DNA of 64,000 nucleotides from an uncultured Acidobacteriota bacterium (GTDB taxonomy: Bacteria; Acidobacteriota; Thermoanaerobaculia; Multivoradales; JAHEKO01): NCBI GenBank assembly GCA_963713825.1, contig CAVQNG010000014.1, positions 128,001-192,000 on the forward strand, read 5' to 3'. Positions 8,782 to 17,913 of this stretch are shown in pieces. The notes beneath the pieces were generated by a model. That model was not told where the DNA came from. It worked only from the letters and a program-made list of their open reading frames with translations, and searched no databases. Positions within the stretch are counted from its first letter, which is position 1, and every line of letters begins with the position of its first letter. Both the position numbers and the translations under genes were made by a program.

Positions 8782-9600
8782 TCACCCCCCGATGGATGCC
8801 GTTGCAGTGCCGTAGATCAGCGCGGCAGGTGGCTGCAGTCGGAGGACCTCGGTTCGGTTGCCCTGTTGTCGGCGCATTTTCTGCAGAGTGAGGCGGGAAG
8901 AGAGCCCCACCAGAAGTTTGGGCCCCGGAGCAACTCCGGACCACAGAGCCCGACCGTAGTCGGCTTTCACCACACCGGCTGCTGCCGTGCCACTCACCCG
9001 GTAGGGGCTCGAGACGAGAAGTGCCGCCTGATGGCTCTGTGCCGCTTTTGCCAATCGCAGCCAAGAGGCTTCGACACCTCGCCCCCCAGGTACGGGTGGG
9101 TTGCCCAGGTCGACGATGACGAGTGGAAAGCCGCCGGCAAGCAGCACCTCGGCGCTGATCAGGGTCTGTTTCAGATGCCCGGGGCGGGCCCAGAGCAGTC
9201 GCTCGAGATCGACTCCTGCGGTCGCGGCTAGCTGAGGGTCGAAAGCGTCCCCCAGGTCTACCAATGCCGCCGCTTCTCCAGCCCGGGTGGCACTGGCGAG
9301 GGATGCGAGTATGGTGGAGAAGCGGCCGCTCGATTGGCGCCCGATGAGCTCGACGAGCTGCCCCTGCGGTAGCCCACCGACGAGCAGCTGGTCGAGAGCC
9401 GTGGCGGTGGGAAAGGGGGAGGGGAGGGGGGTCGCCGTGCGTTGCTGCACCCACTCGCGGCCACTGTTGAGATGGCTTTGCAGGTGGTGGGGAAGCTTCG
9501 AACGGAAGGTGCCGATCGTCGCAGAAGATCGCCTGGTAGTGGGTTCTGGTTCCTCGAAGGCTTTCTGTGGAGTCGTTGTCAGGGCTTGCGACAATGCCAT
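8782..9600 (-). CDS. imuA: ImuA / RecA-like mutagenesis protein
   Basis: LDQLLVGGLPQGQLVELIG, degenerate Walker A (GRQSSGRFS), AGVDLERLLWARP. First gene of the cassette. Confidence 0.88.
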   Translation of the reverse strand: MALSQALTTTPQKAFEEPEPTTRRSSATIGTFRSKLPHHLQSHLNSGREWVQQRTATPLPSPFPTATALDQLLVGGLPQGQLVELIGRQSSGRFSTILASLASATRAGEAAALVDLGDAFDPQLAATAGVDLERLLWARPGHLKQTLISAEVLLAGGFPLVIVDLGNPPVPGGRGVEASWLRLAKAAQSHQAALLVSSPYRVSGTAAAGVVKADYGRALWSGVAPGPKLLVGLSSRLTLQKMRRQQGNRTEVLRLQPPAALIYGTATASIGG

Positions 9601-9657
9601 GTTCCATTCCGTTTCCGGCTCGGAGAGCCGTGGGAGCGGGTGTTTTGCCAGACAAAC

Positions 9658-9686
9658 ATGCTAGGCGTAAATAAGGCGTAAGTCAA
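9658..9686 (-). promoter_or_regulatory. sigma70 promoter of imuA-imuB-dnaE2 with an embedded direct-repeat operator (candidate SOS box)
   Basis: The minus strand reads TTGACT-17 bp-TAGCAT. TTACGCCT occurs twice at an 11-bp offset across the spacer. Confidence 0.75.
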
Positions 9687-9794
9687 GGTGAAAAGGCATC
9701 CATTCCCCCGCATGATTCCTGACCGCGCCAGCAGGCTAGAACTTGCTAGACTTTCTGTCAGTCGAAACGACCCTACCTTGGCAATCAGGAGGCC

Positions 9795-10409
9795 TTGAAC
9801 ATGCGCTCGAGGACTCGGCAAGTTCCCCGTAGAACCTCCAGAGCCTCTGTCTGTCTTGCTTTTCTACTGGCGATCCTGAGCGGGCTGGTTGCCTCTCCAT
9901 CCGTCACCTCGCAGACTGAAGGAGCAGCCGAAATGACCTTGACGCTGACCTCTACCCGTTTCGAAAACGGCGCCGAGATTCCCCGCCGCTACACCTGTGA
10001 GGGCGAAGACCTCTCACCACCACTGGCATGGTCAGGAGCTCCCGAGGGCACGGTGGGCCTGGCTCTCATCGTCGACGACCCGGATGCACCCGACCCCGCT
10101 GCACCGAAGATGACCTGGGTTCATTGGGTGGTGTACAACCTGCCGGTCGCTGCTGGCAGCCTTGCGGAAGGCATCGCCTTCGAAGAGCTACCAGCAGCGA
10201 CCGGAATAGGACTGAACGACTGGCAGCGCGCCGAGTACGGGGGCCCCTGTCCTCCCATCGGCCGCCACCGCTACTTTTTCAAGCTCTACGCTCTCGATAC
10301 CCGATTACCCGATGGGTGGCAACCGACCAAAGCCCAACTCGAGATGGCCATCCAAGGGCACATCCTGGCCCAGACCGAGTTGATGGGTACCTACCAGAAA
10401 CAGCGCTGA
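9795..10409 (+). CDS. YbhB/YbcL (PEBP/Raf kinase inhibitor-like) protein
   Basis: SPPLAW, DDPDAP, WVHW and YGGPCPPIGRHRYFFKLYALD motifs. Start is uncertain (about 9801 with a signal peptide, or 9933). Confidence 0.9.
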   Translation: MNMRSRTRQVPRRTSRASVCLAFLLAILSGLVASPSVTSQTEGAAEMTLTLTSTRFENGAEIPRRYTCEGEDLSPPLAWSGAPEGTVGLALIVDDPDAPDPAAPKMTWVHWVVYNLPVAAGSLAEGIAFEELPAATGIGLNDWQRAEYGGPCPPIGRHRYFFKLYALDTRLPDGWQPTKAQLEMAIQGHILAQTELMGTYQKQR

Positions 10410-10428
10410 GCGATCTAGGAAAAGGCGA

Positions 10429-10755
10429 CTACCTGCCGCCCTCTTCTTCCTGGAGCTTTTCGCCTTCTTCCTTGAGCTTCTCGCCGGCGTCTTCCATCAC
10501 CTCGCCGGTGGCTTTTTTGGCGTCATCGACCATCTCGCCGGTGGCTTCGGCAGCCTCTTCGCCCATCTCCTTGGCGCCTTCAGCCATCTCACCGGCAGTG
10601 TCCTTGACCTCTTCGGCGCTCTCCTTGACGGCGTCGCCGGCAGCGTCGACGGCCTCGCCCGCTGATTCACGAGCTTCTTTGCCACAGGCTGTGGCAGAGA
10701 GTGTCAACGCTCCGACAGCAGCTACGATCAACAATACCCAAAGTACCTTCTTCAT
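10429..10755 (-). CDS. Small acidic Ala/Glu-rich lipoprotein
   Basis: MKK plus a hydrophobic stretch and lipobox-like SATAC, followed by a repetitive helical body; GGAG RBS. Confidence 0.8.
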   Translation of the reverse strand: MKKVLWVLLIVAAVGALTLSATACGKEARESAGEAVDAAGDAVKESAEEVKDTAGEMAEGAKEMGEEAAEATGEMVDDAKKATGEVMEDAGEKLKEEGEKLQEEEGGR

Positions 10756-10852
10756 TTCCGAGCTCCTCCCTTTTCCCTGGTGATTTCAGTCAATACGGGC
10801 TGACGATCCCGGTCAGTGCCTTTGCCACGAGATTGTCGTGCCGTAGAAGAGA

Positions 10853-10880
10853 ATCCTAGCGCTTTGGGAGTGGAAGTCAA
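10853..10880 (-). promoter_or_regulatory. Possible sigma70 promoter of the lipoprotein gene
   Basis: The minus strand reads TTGACT-16 bp-TAGGAT. Confidence 0.4.
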
Positions 10881-10982
10881 CTAGGCTTGGGGAACCGGGC
10901 CCAGGACGAGCGGTTGGAGGTCTGGCTGGGCGAGAGGAAGGACGCCTGGTCGCCGCTATAATCGCTGCGTCGGACAGGAGTC

Positions 10983-12344
10983 ATGATCTACACAAATTCG
11001 GGAGGAACCATGGATAGGCCGATCCACCGTGTGGTCGATTTAATCGACGAGGATAGTCAGCAGATCTTCAACATGGATCTAGAGGAAGCGCGCGCGCTTC
11101 TCTTGCACGAAGACGCGACTGCATTGATGCAGTTGCTGGGGTCGTTTGCACTCACAACACGACAGGGTGAAGTCATCCGGATGGCCAGGAGCCTCGACCG
11201 GCCGATGCGCTACTTCCTGGCCAAACAGGAGAGTGGGCCTCTGCTCGTGGTGGCCGACCGCATCGACGAGATCAAGGAGTTTCTCGAGGCGGAAGGATAT
11301 GGCGACCAGTTTCACCCGAGCTATACCCGCATGGTGCCTGCCCATCATGTGACTTCGATTCGACTGATCGGCTGTCCCGACCCCAACCCGCTCTACCAGC
11401 GATTTCTGGAGCCTGCGGCCGACACCTTGCAGGCCGACGTCGATCTGATTGGCGAGCGCTATGTCAGGGCACTCTGGGAGGCTCTGGATGCCTGGCTACA
11501 GGTTGTGCCTCGACGAGAGCCCATCGGAGTTCTGTTCTCCGGCGGTCTCGACAGCGGTTCGGTGCTGCTGTGCCTGTACAAGCTCTTGCTCGAACGCGGT
11601 CAGAGTCCATCGCGATTGAAGGCGTTCACACTGGCCGTCGATGGTCTCGGCTCGGATGCGACGCAGGCCCGCGAGTTTCTGCGTCGAACAGATCTCGAGG
11701 TGCTGGGCGAGCCGGTGGAAGTCGATTCCGGGAGCCTCGACCCCTTCCAGGCAGTCGATGTGATCGAGGACTACAAGCCCCTGGACGTCGAGTGCGCGAC
11801 CGTCAACCTGGCCCTGGTCGAGGAGCTGCGTCGGCGCTATCCCGATTGGCTGTATCTGGCCGATGGCGATGGGGGCGATGAGAATCTCAAGGACTATCCG
11901 ATCGAAGAGAATCGCGAGCTGACGATTCGTAGCGTGGTCAATAACCCGTTGTTGTATCAAGAAGGATGGGGAGTCGATCGAATCAAGCACTCGCTGACGT
12001 ACAGCGGCGGGCAGAGCCGTGGATGCGTCAGGGTTCACGCCCCGCTGCGAAAGTACGGCTTTCTGGGCTTCAGTCCCTTCACGCATCCAAGTCTGGTATC
12101 CCTGGCTGCCGCCATTCCCTTTGACGAGCTCACCAGGGGATCGATCGAAACGCTCTATTCGCTGAAGGGTGAGATCTTGCGGCGCGGCGTCAAGGCTGTC
12201 ACTGGAATGGAGCTACCGGTCTTCCCAAAGCGGAGGTTTCAAGAGGGTGCCGGACCCGAGTCGGTCTTGGCGAAGTGCTTTCCGGCGGATCCCGAGGCCT
12301 ACCGGAATCACTATCTGGATCTCTACCGGCACGACCACAGGTGA
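10983..12344 (+). CDS. Asparagine synthase-related PP-loop protein
   Basis: VLFSGGLDSGS PP-loop, DGDGGDE motif and C-terminal PKRRFQEG. No N-terminal catalytic Cys. TATAAT at 10957-10962. Alternative start at 11010. Confidence 0.85.
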   Translation: MIYTNSGGTMDRPIHRVVDLIDEDSQQIFNMDLEEARALLLHEDATALMQLLGSFALTTRQGEVIRMARSLDRPMRYFLAKQESGPLLVVADRIDEIKEFLEAEGYGDQFHPSYTRMVPAHHVTSIRLIGCPDPNPLYQRFLEPAADTLQADVDLIGERYVRALWEALDAWLQVVPRREPIGVLFSGGLDSGSVLLCLYKLLLERGQSPSRLKAFTLAVDGLGSDATQAREFLRRTDLEVLGEPVEVDSGSLDPFQAVDVIEDYKPLDVECATVNLALVEELRRRYPDWLYLADGDGGDENLKDYPIEENRELTIRSVVNNPLLYQEGWGVDRIKHSLTYSGGQSRGCVRVHAPLRKYGFLGFSPFTHPSLVSLAAAIPFDELTRGSIETLYSLKGEILRRGVKAVTGMELPVFPKRRFQEGAGPESVLAKCFPADPEAYRNHYLDLYRHDHR

Positions 12345-13300
12345 ACCGCAGCTCGGAAGACCTGCGGATCCGAAAGCTCCGTCCTGCCAAGCGTCCATTG
12401 GACCCCTGGCGCCCGATCGGTGTCCAGCAAGAAGAGGAGCGCAACGCCGAGGGCGACCTCGTTCCATGCCAGACGATCTTCCTGACCGGGCGAGAGTGTC
12501 CCTTTACGTGCGTGTTTTGCGATCTGTGGCAATACACGCTGGACGATCCGACGCCTTCCGGGGCGATACCAGCCCAGATCTCGCGCGCGTTCGAAGAGTT
12601 CGGACGGCCCCCTGACGGGGCCACGATCAAGCTGTACAACGCCAGCAATTTCTGCGATGACAAAGCCGTGCCTCGGGCGGATTGGCCGGCCATTGCCGAG
12701 CTGCTGAGCTCTTTCTCACGGATCGTCGTCGAATGTCATCCACGACTGGTAAATGAGAGGTGCGTTGAGTTCGCTGAGCGGCTCGAGGGGCGGCTCGAGA
12801 TTGCCATGGGCCTCGAGACGGTGCACCCAGTGTCGCTGCCGAGGCTCAACAAGAAACTGACGCTGGAGTCGTTCGGCCGCGCCGCGTCACTTTTGCGATC
12901 GTTCGGTGTCGGTATCCGATCCTTTGTCCTGGTCGGGGCGCCCTACATCCCGGCGGTAGAGACTGTCGAGTGGGCTGTTCGCTCGGTGGACCACGCACTC
13001 GAATGCGGCTCGGAGGTCGTCAGTCTCATTCCGGTCCGCGGTGGCATTGGAGAACTGCAGAGGTTGGCCGACCTGGGTGCCTTTTGTCCGCCAACCGCGC
13101 AGCAACTCGAAGCAGCCCTCGACGGCGCCCTCCGACTGAATCGAGGCATCGTCCTGGCCGACCTCTGGGATGCGCAGAGCCTGGCTGGCTGCACCACCTG
13201 CCGGAGCGCCCGTATCGAGCGCATGGAGCAACTCAATCGGGTCGGTGGTTGTCTCCCACCGGTTGCTTGTCCAGTCTGCGACCACGGCGACCCGCTCTAG
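12341..13300 (+). CDS. Radical SAM protein, RaSEA/archaeal Elp3-like family
   Basis: CPFTCVFC (Cx3Cx2C), IKLYNASNF, VECHP, EIAMGLET and LNKK motifs; C-terminal CTTC and CPVC. The GTG start overlaps the upstream stop (GTGA). Confidence 0.85.
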   Translation: MNRSSEDLRIRKLRPAKRPLDPWRPIGVQQEEERNAEGDLVPCQTIFLTGRECPFTCVFCDLWQYTLDDPTPSGAIPAQISRAFEEFGRPPDGATIKLYNASNFCDDKAVPRADWPAIAELLSSFSRIVVECHPRLVNERCVEFAERLEGRLEIAMGLETVHPVSLPRLNKKLTLESFGRAASLLRSFGVGIRSFVLVGAPYIPAVETVEWAVRSVDHALECGSEVVSLIPVRGGIGELQRLADLGAFCPPTAQQLEAALDGALRLNRGIVLADLWDAQSLAGCTTCRSARIERMEQLNRVGGCLPPVACPVCDHGDPL

Positions 13301-13329
13301 GGCCGGCGCCGTGGTAGATCACGCGCCCT

Positions 13330-16239
13330 TCAGTCGGTGTCTGAGACAGCTGCCTGCATGGCGTAACTCTCGACGGGATCACAGGTGCAGATCAGGTTGC
13401 GGTCTCCCCAGACGTTGTCGATGCGTCCCACAGGTGGCCAGAACTTCCTCTCCTTGACCCAGTCGGCGGGATAGGCGGCGGTTTCCCGGCTGTAGCCGTG
13501 GGGCCAGGTGTCAGAAGTCACGAAGCCTGCTGTATGGGGTGCGTTGCGCAGCAGGTTGTCCTCCCGGTCGCCGCGGCCCTCTTCCAGATCACGGATCTCC
13601 GCTCGGATCGCGATGAGGGCGTCACAGAGCCTGTCGAGCTCGGCTTTAGCCTCGCTTTCGGTCGGCTCGACCATCATCGTTCCCGCCACCGGCCAGGACA
13701 TGGTCGGGGCGTGGAAGCCGTAGTCCATGAGGCGCTTGGCGACATCGTCCACCGTAATGCCCGCGGTTTCCTTGAACTGGCGGAAATCGATGATGAACTC
13801 GTGAGCCACGAAGCCGCGCATCCCGGTGTAAACAACCGGATAGTGCTCGATGAGTCGCTTGGCCATGTAGTTGGCGTTCAGAATGGCAACTTGACTGGCT
13901 CTCTTCAGGCCGTCGGGCCCCATCATCGCGATGTACATCCAGGAGATGGGCAAGACGCCGGGACTGCCGAAGGGCGCTGCCGAAACTGGTCCGATCGCCT
14001 TTTCGCCGCCGGTCCCCACGACCGGGTGACCTGGCAGGAACGGCGCGAGATGTTCGGCGACACAGATCGGCCCCACGCCCGGACCACCACCGCCGTGCGG
14101 AATGGCGAAGGTCTTGTGGAGGTTCAGGTGACAGACGTCAGCGCCGATGTCGGAGAGGTGGCAAAGGCCTACCTGAGCGTTCATGTTGGCCCCGTCGAGA
14201 TAGACCAGGCCGCCGTTCTCGTGCACGATCTCGCAGACCTCGCGCACATGCTCTTCAAAGACTCCGTGGGTCGAGGGGTAGGTGATCATGGCCGCGGCGA
14301 GCCGGTCCTTGTGTCCTTCGGCCTTGGATCGGAGGTCGTCCAGGTCGAAGTCGCCCCGCTCATCGGAGGCGACCGGCACGACTTTGTAGCCAGCCATTAC
14401 CGAGCTCGCCGGATTGGTGCCATGCGCGGAAGTCGGAATCAGGCAGACATCTCTGCCCACATCGTCGCGATCCTGGTGGTAGGCGCGAATCACCATCAGG
14501 CCCGTGAACTCGCCCTGCGAGCCGGCGTTGGGCTGCAGAGAGGTGGCGCTGAAGCCGGTGATCTCGGCCAACCAGCCTTCCAGTTGCGCGAACAGTTGGT
14601 AGTAGCCCTCCGCCTGCTCGGGTGGAGCAAACGGATGCAGGCCGCCAAACTCGGGCCACGTGATGGGTACCATCTCGGCTGTTGCATTGAGCTTCATCGT
14701 GCAAGAGCCCAGGGAGATCATGGAATGGGCGAGGGATAGGTCCCTCTCCTGCAGCTGCTGCATGTAGCGCAGCATTCCGTGCTCCGAGTGGTAGCGCTTG
14801 AAAACGGCTTGCGTCAGGTATTCGGTCTGGCGGGCAAAATCCTCCGGGTAGCCGCCCTCCGCTTCTTTCACGAGGTCCTCGAGCGTGAAGGGCAGCTTGT
14901 GCCCCTGCGAGAAGACCTTCAGGAGCTGTTCCAAGTCCTTACGTGTCGTTGTTTCGTCCAGGGAAATGCCGATTCCGCCGTCCGGGTAATGGCGCAGGTT
15001 GAGACACCGGCTGCGAGCCGCGGTCAGGATCGGCCCATCCTCGCCAGGCGCGAGCTTGACTTTCAGTGTGTCGAAGTAGAGACCGTCACCAAGATCGAAG
15101 TTTAGACGTCGCAGTCCAGCGGCCATCACTCGAGTGAGAGCGTGGACCCGCTCGCCGATGCGGCGCAGACCCCGGGGGCCGTGATAGACCGCGTACATCG
15201 AGGCCATGACGGCCAGAAGGACCTGAGCAGTACAGATGTTGCTTGTCGCCTTCTCGCGGCGAATATGCTGTTCGCGAGTCTGGCGGGCGAGGCGGAAGGC
15301 CGGGTTGCCATTGGCATCCTTCGACAGACCGACGATGCGTCCGGGCAGTTGTCGCTCCAGGGCCTGGCTCGTGGAGAGGAAGGCGGCGTGAGGGCCGCCG
15401 TAGCCCATCGGCACTCCGAACCTCTGGCTCGAGCCGACGGCGATATCGGCGCCAAACTCGCCCGGTGGCTTGAGAAGGGTCAGCGCCAGCAGGTCGGTGG
15501 CGACGATGAGATAGGCACCCGCCGCGTGTAGGCGGTCGGCGACCTTGGAGTAGTCCTCGACCCGCCCGTCGGTGGTCGGATACTGGACCAGCGCCGCGAA
15601 GAGGTCCATTCCTTCCGCGTCGATGCTCTCGGGTGTGCCGACATGGACCTCGATGCCGAGCGGTCGACAGCGGGTCTGGATCACGGCGATGGTTTGAGGG
15701 TGACAGTCTTCGGCGACGAAGAACCCCTTCTTCTTGCCCCGTGTGGCCGCCAGAGTCATGCTCATGGCTTCCGCTCCGGCCGTGCCCTCATCGAGCAGTG
15801 AGGCGTTGGCCAGTGGCAAGCCGGTGAGATCGGCCACCATGGTCTGGAAGTTCATCAGAGCTTCCAAGCGACCCTGGGCGATCTCGGCCTGATAGGGCGT
15901 GTACTGGGTGTACCAGCCCGGGTTCTCCAGGATATTGCGCTGAATCACCGGCGGAGTGAAGCAGTTGTAGTAGCCCATACCGATGAAGGACCGGTAGACC
16001 TGATTGCGATGGGCGATCTCTCTCAGATCGGCAAGCGCTTCGTGCTCACTTCTGGCCGGCGGCAGGTCCAGGGGCTCCTGGAGGCGAATCGATTCTGGCA
16101 CCACGGCTGCAACCAGCTCATCGAGGGATTCGAATCCGAGGCTCTCGAGCATCTCTGGAATCGCGGCTCGGCTTGGTCCCAGGTGGCGATCCTCGAACCG
16201 ATCGGTTGGCGCAAAGGGGTCTGGTGTGGTCATGGACAT
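13330..16239 (-). CDS. gcvP: Glycine dehydrogenase (glycine cleavage P protein)
   Basis: [35 protein letters not shown] and the PLP lysine in HLNLHKTF; 969 aa. Confidence 0.98.
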   Translation of the reverse strand: MSMTTPDPFAPTDRFEDRHLGPSRAAIPEMLESLGFESLDELVAAVVPESIRLQEPLDLPPARSEHEALADLREIAHRNQVYRSFIGMGYYNCFTPPVIQRNILENPGWYTQYTPYQAEIAQGRLEALMNFQTMVADLTGLPLANASLLDEGTAGAEAMSMTLAATRGKKKGFFVAEDCHPQTIAVIQTRCRPLGIEVHVGTPESIDAEGMDLFAALVQYPTTDGRVEDYSKVADRLHAAGAYLIVATDLLALTLLKPPGEFGADIAVGSSQRFGVPMGYGGPHAAFLSTSQALERQLPGRIVGLSKDANGNPAFRLARQTREQHIRREKATSNICTAQVLLAVMASMYAVYHGPRGLRRIGERVHALTRVMAAGLRRLNFDLGDGLYFDTLKVKLAPGEDGPILTAARSRCLNLRHYPDGGIGISLDETTTRKDLEQLLKVFSQGHKLPFTLEDLVKEAEGGYPEDFARQTEYLTQAVFKRYHSEHGMLRYMQQLQERDLSLAHSMISLGSCTMKLNATAEMVPITWPEFGGLHPFAPPEQAEGYYQLFAQLEGWLAEITGFSATSLQPNAGSQGEFTGLMVIRAYHQDRDDVGRDVCLIPTSAHGTNPASSVMAGYKVVPVASDERGDFDLDDLRSKAEGHKDRLAAAMITYPSTHGVFEEHVREVCEIVHENGGLVYLDGANMNAQVGLCHLSDIGADVCHLNLHKTFAIPHGGGGPGVGPICVAEHLAPFLPGHPVVGTGGEKAIGPVSAAPFGSPGVLPISWMYIAMMGPDGLKRASQVAILNANYMAKRLIEHYPVVYTGMRGFVAHEFIIDFRQFKETAGITVDDVAKRLMDYGFHAPTMSWPVAGTMMVEPTESEAKAELDRLCDALIAIRAEIRDLEEGRGDREDNLLRNAPHTAGFVTSDTWPHGYSRETAAYPADWVKERKFWPPVGRIDNVWGDRNLICTCDPVESYAMQAAVSDTD

Positions 16240-16416
16240 CTCCCTTTTTCACAGGTGACGAACGAAACGCCGGACGGCGCGTGTTGTTTCGCGTTGTCGT
16301 ACCGCCGGGGTGGCACACCTGAACAAACTCGGCCCATACGGCACGACCCAAAAATTGTAGCAGGAGAGTGTTCGATTCGGGATGCTTGTTGTGCGGCGAT
16401 TTGCAGCGACAGACAA

Positions 16417-16443
16417 CCCCTCACCCGAATACCAGGTGAGGGG
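16417..16443 (-). terminator. Hairpin downstream of the DUF4097 gene
   Basis: CCCCTCACC/GGTGAGGGG 9-bp stem with a weak U tail. Confidence 0.5.
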
Positions 16444-16488
16444 CTCTTGTCGACTTGCTGTCAGAGCCTGCGGGGCAGCCCGTCGGAC

Positions 16489-17271
16489 TCAGAGTTCTTC
16501 GATATGAATGCTGCCGTTGGTCGTTCGCAGCTCGATCGACCCACCACCGCCGTTGAGCTCGCCCTCGAGTCGATTCCGACTGAAAGTGCCCTGCACCGTG
16601 ATCGGGAAATCGGTCTTGATCGATCCGTTGGTGGTGCGAGCCGTCAGGTTGGCCTGGGTCGCGGCTGGAATGGAGAGTGTGATTCCTCCATTCGTCGTGC
16701 GAAAGACCATGTCTTCCCCCATGACGACAGCACTGAGCTCAGCGTTGATCGAGCCGTTCGTGGTCCGTGCACTGAGCCGACCTCCCGCTTCGGACACGGC
16801 GACATTGCCATTGGTCGTGCCGACTTCCAGGTCACCACTGATGTTGCCGATCTTCACGTTGCCGTTTACGGTGCTGACGTCGAGATCGGCGGAAGCAGGA
16901 ATCTTGATCTCGTAGCGGACGCTAGAGGACTCGCTCGAAAACCAGCGGTCCTTGTTCCGGGGGTAGTGGGTATCTACCCGGATGCGACCGGAGGCAGGCT
17001 CGACCTCGATCTGCAGATCCTGCATCGCGGCTTCGGCCTTGGCGCTGCTACTGGCTTTGATCTTCTTGGTGGCCAGAATGTGGATCTCTTGGCGGTCCCA
17101 GGCCTCGATATGGACATTGCCGTTCGTGTTGTCGAGCTCCAAAAGATCTCCGGGAGCGAAGGCGTAGGTCTGATCGAAGGTCTCTTCGAGGGTCGTCGCA
17201 GTGACGGCGCCAGCCAGCAAGAGGCCAACAGCCAGGGCCCAGACGACGTGCTTTCGGGTGTTCGGGTTCAT
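16489..17271 (-). CDS. DUF4097 beta-strand repeat protein (secreted)
   Basis: Signal peptide, repeated T(T/V)NG(S/N)(I/V) motifs, GGAGG RBS. Confidence 0.9.
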   Translation of the reverse strand: MNPNTRKHVVWALAVGLLLAGAVTATTLEETFDQTYAFAPGDLLELDNTNGNVHIEAWDRQEIHILATKKIKASSSAKAEAAMQDLQIEVEPASGRIRVDTHYPRNKDRWFSSESSSVRYEIKIPASADLDVSTVNGNVKIGNISGDLEVGTTNGNVAVSEAGGRLSARTTNGSINAELSAVVMGEDMVFRTTNGGITLSIPAATQANLTARTTNGSIKTDFPITVQGTFSRNRLEGELNGGGGSIELRTTNGSIHIEEL

Positions 17272-17355
17272 CCTTACGGTCCTCCTCGGTTGGTCGGCAA
17301 ACTCAGGGCATGGGTGAGGGCTATTTCAATCCGGAAAATCTCGGGTTCAGATTCT

Positions 17356-17383
17356 TAGACGCTCTCCATGGGTGTGGGGTTTA
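17356..17383 (-). promoter_or_regulatory. Possible ECF-sigma promoter
   Basis: The minus strand reads TAAAC-17 bp-CGTCTA upstream of the DUF4097 gene. Confidence 0.45.
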
Positions 17384-17553
17384 GTCCACGGTTGCGGTCG
17401 ATTGTGTGTCGCCTATGTACCCCTACTACGAGCATTCTCCGGAGGAGTTTCGAGGACTTTGGGCCCCCTGTCAGTGTGCCATCGAGATGGGACACTGACG
17501 CGAATTCTCTGTGCTATTGTGAAATTCTCAGAGTCGAGGCGGATGCCGCGAGA

Positions 17554-17913
17554 ATGTCCAAGAACGAGCCCCAGTGCGTCTACAAGATCATCTTCCACAA
17601 CCAGGGAGAGGTGTTCGAGATCTACGCCAAGAACGTGAACCAGGGGCACCTCTACGGTTTCGTGGAAGTCGAGGAGATTCTCTACGGCGAGCGCTCCCAA
17701 GTGGTGGTGGATCCTTCCGAAGAGCGCATGAAGAGCGAGTTCCGGGGCGTCAAGAGGATCTTCCTACCCATGCACGCCGTGGTGCGAATCGACGAGGTGG
17801 AGAAGGAAGGAGTTCCACGCATCACCACCCAGGAGGGTGCCGGAAACATCTCGGAGTTCCCAAGCCCGATCTACCCGCCACAGCCACCCCGAGGTGATTC
17901 CGGCAAATCATGA
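17554..17913 (+). CDS. DUF1820 family protein
   Basis: YKIIFHNQGEVFEIYA...VVDPSEERMKSEF.GVKR..LPMHAVVRIDEVEKEG. Confidence 0.85.
   Translation: MSKNEPQCVYKIIFHNQGEVFEIYAKNVNQGHLYGFVEVEEILYGERSQVVVDPSEERMKSEFRGVKRIFLPMHAVVRIDEVEKEGVPRITTQEGAGNISEFPSPIYPPQPPRGDSGKS

Noticed and set aside
8675-9655. 326-aa alternative-frame ORF over imuA
   Set aside because: It is an Arg/Pro-rich off-frame reading, and the RecA-like motifs are in 8782-9600.
16240-16440. Glycine riboswitch upstream of gcvP
   Set aside because: I could not find the GGAGA...CCGAAG...CTCTCAGG core on the minus strand.
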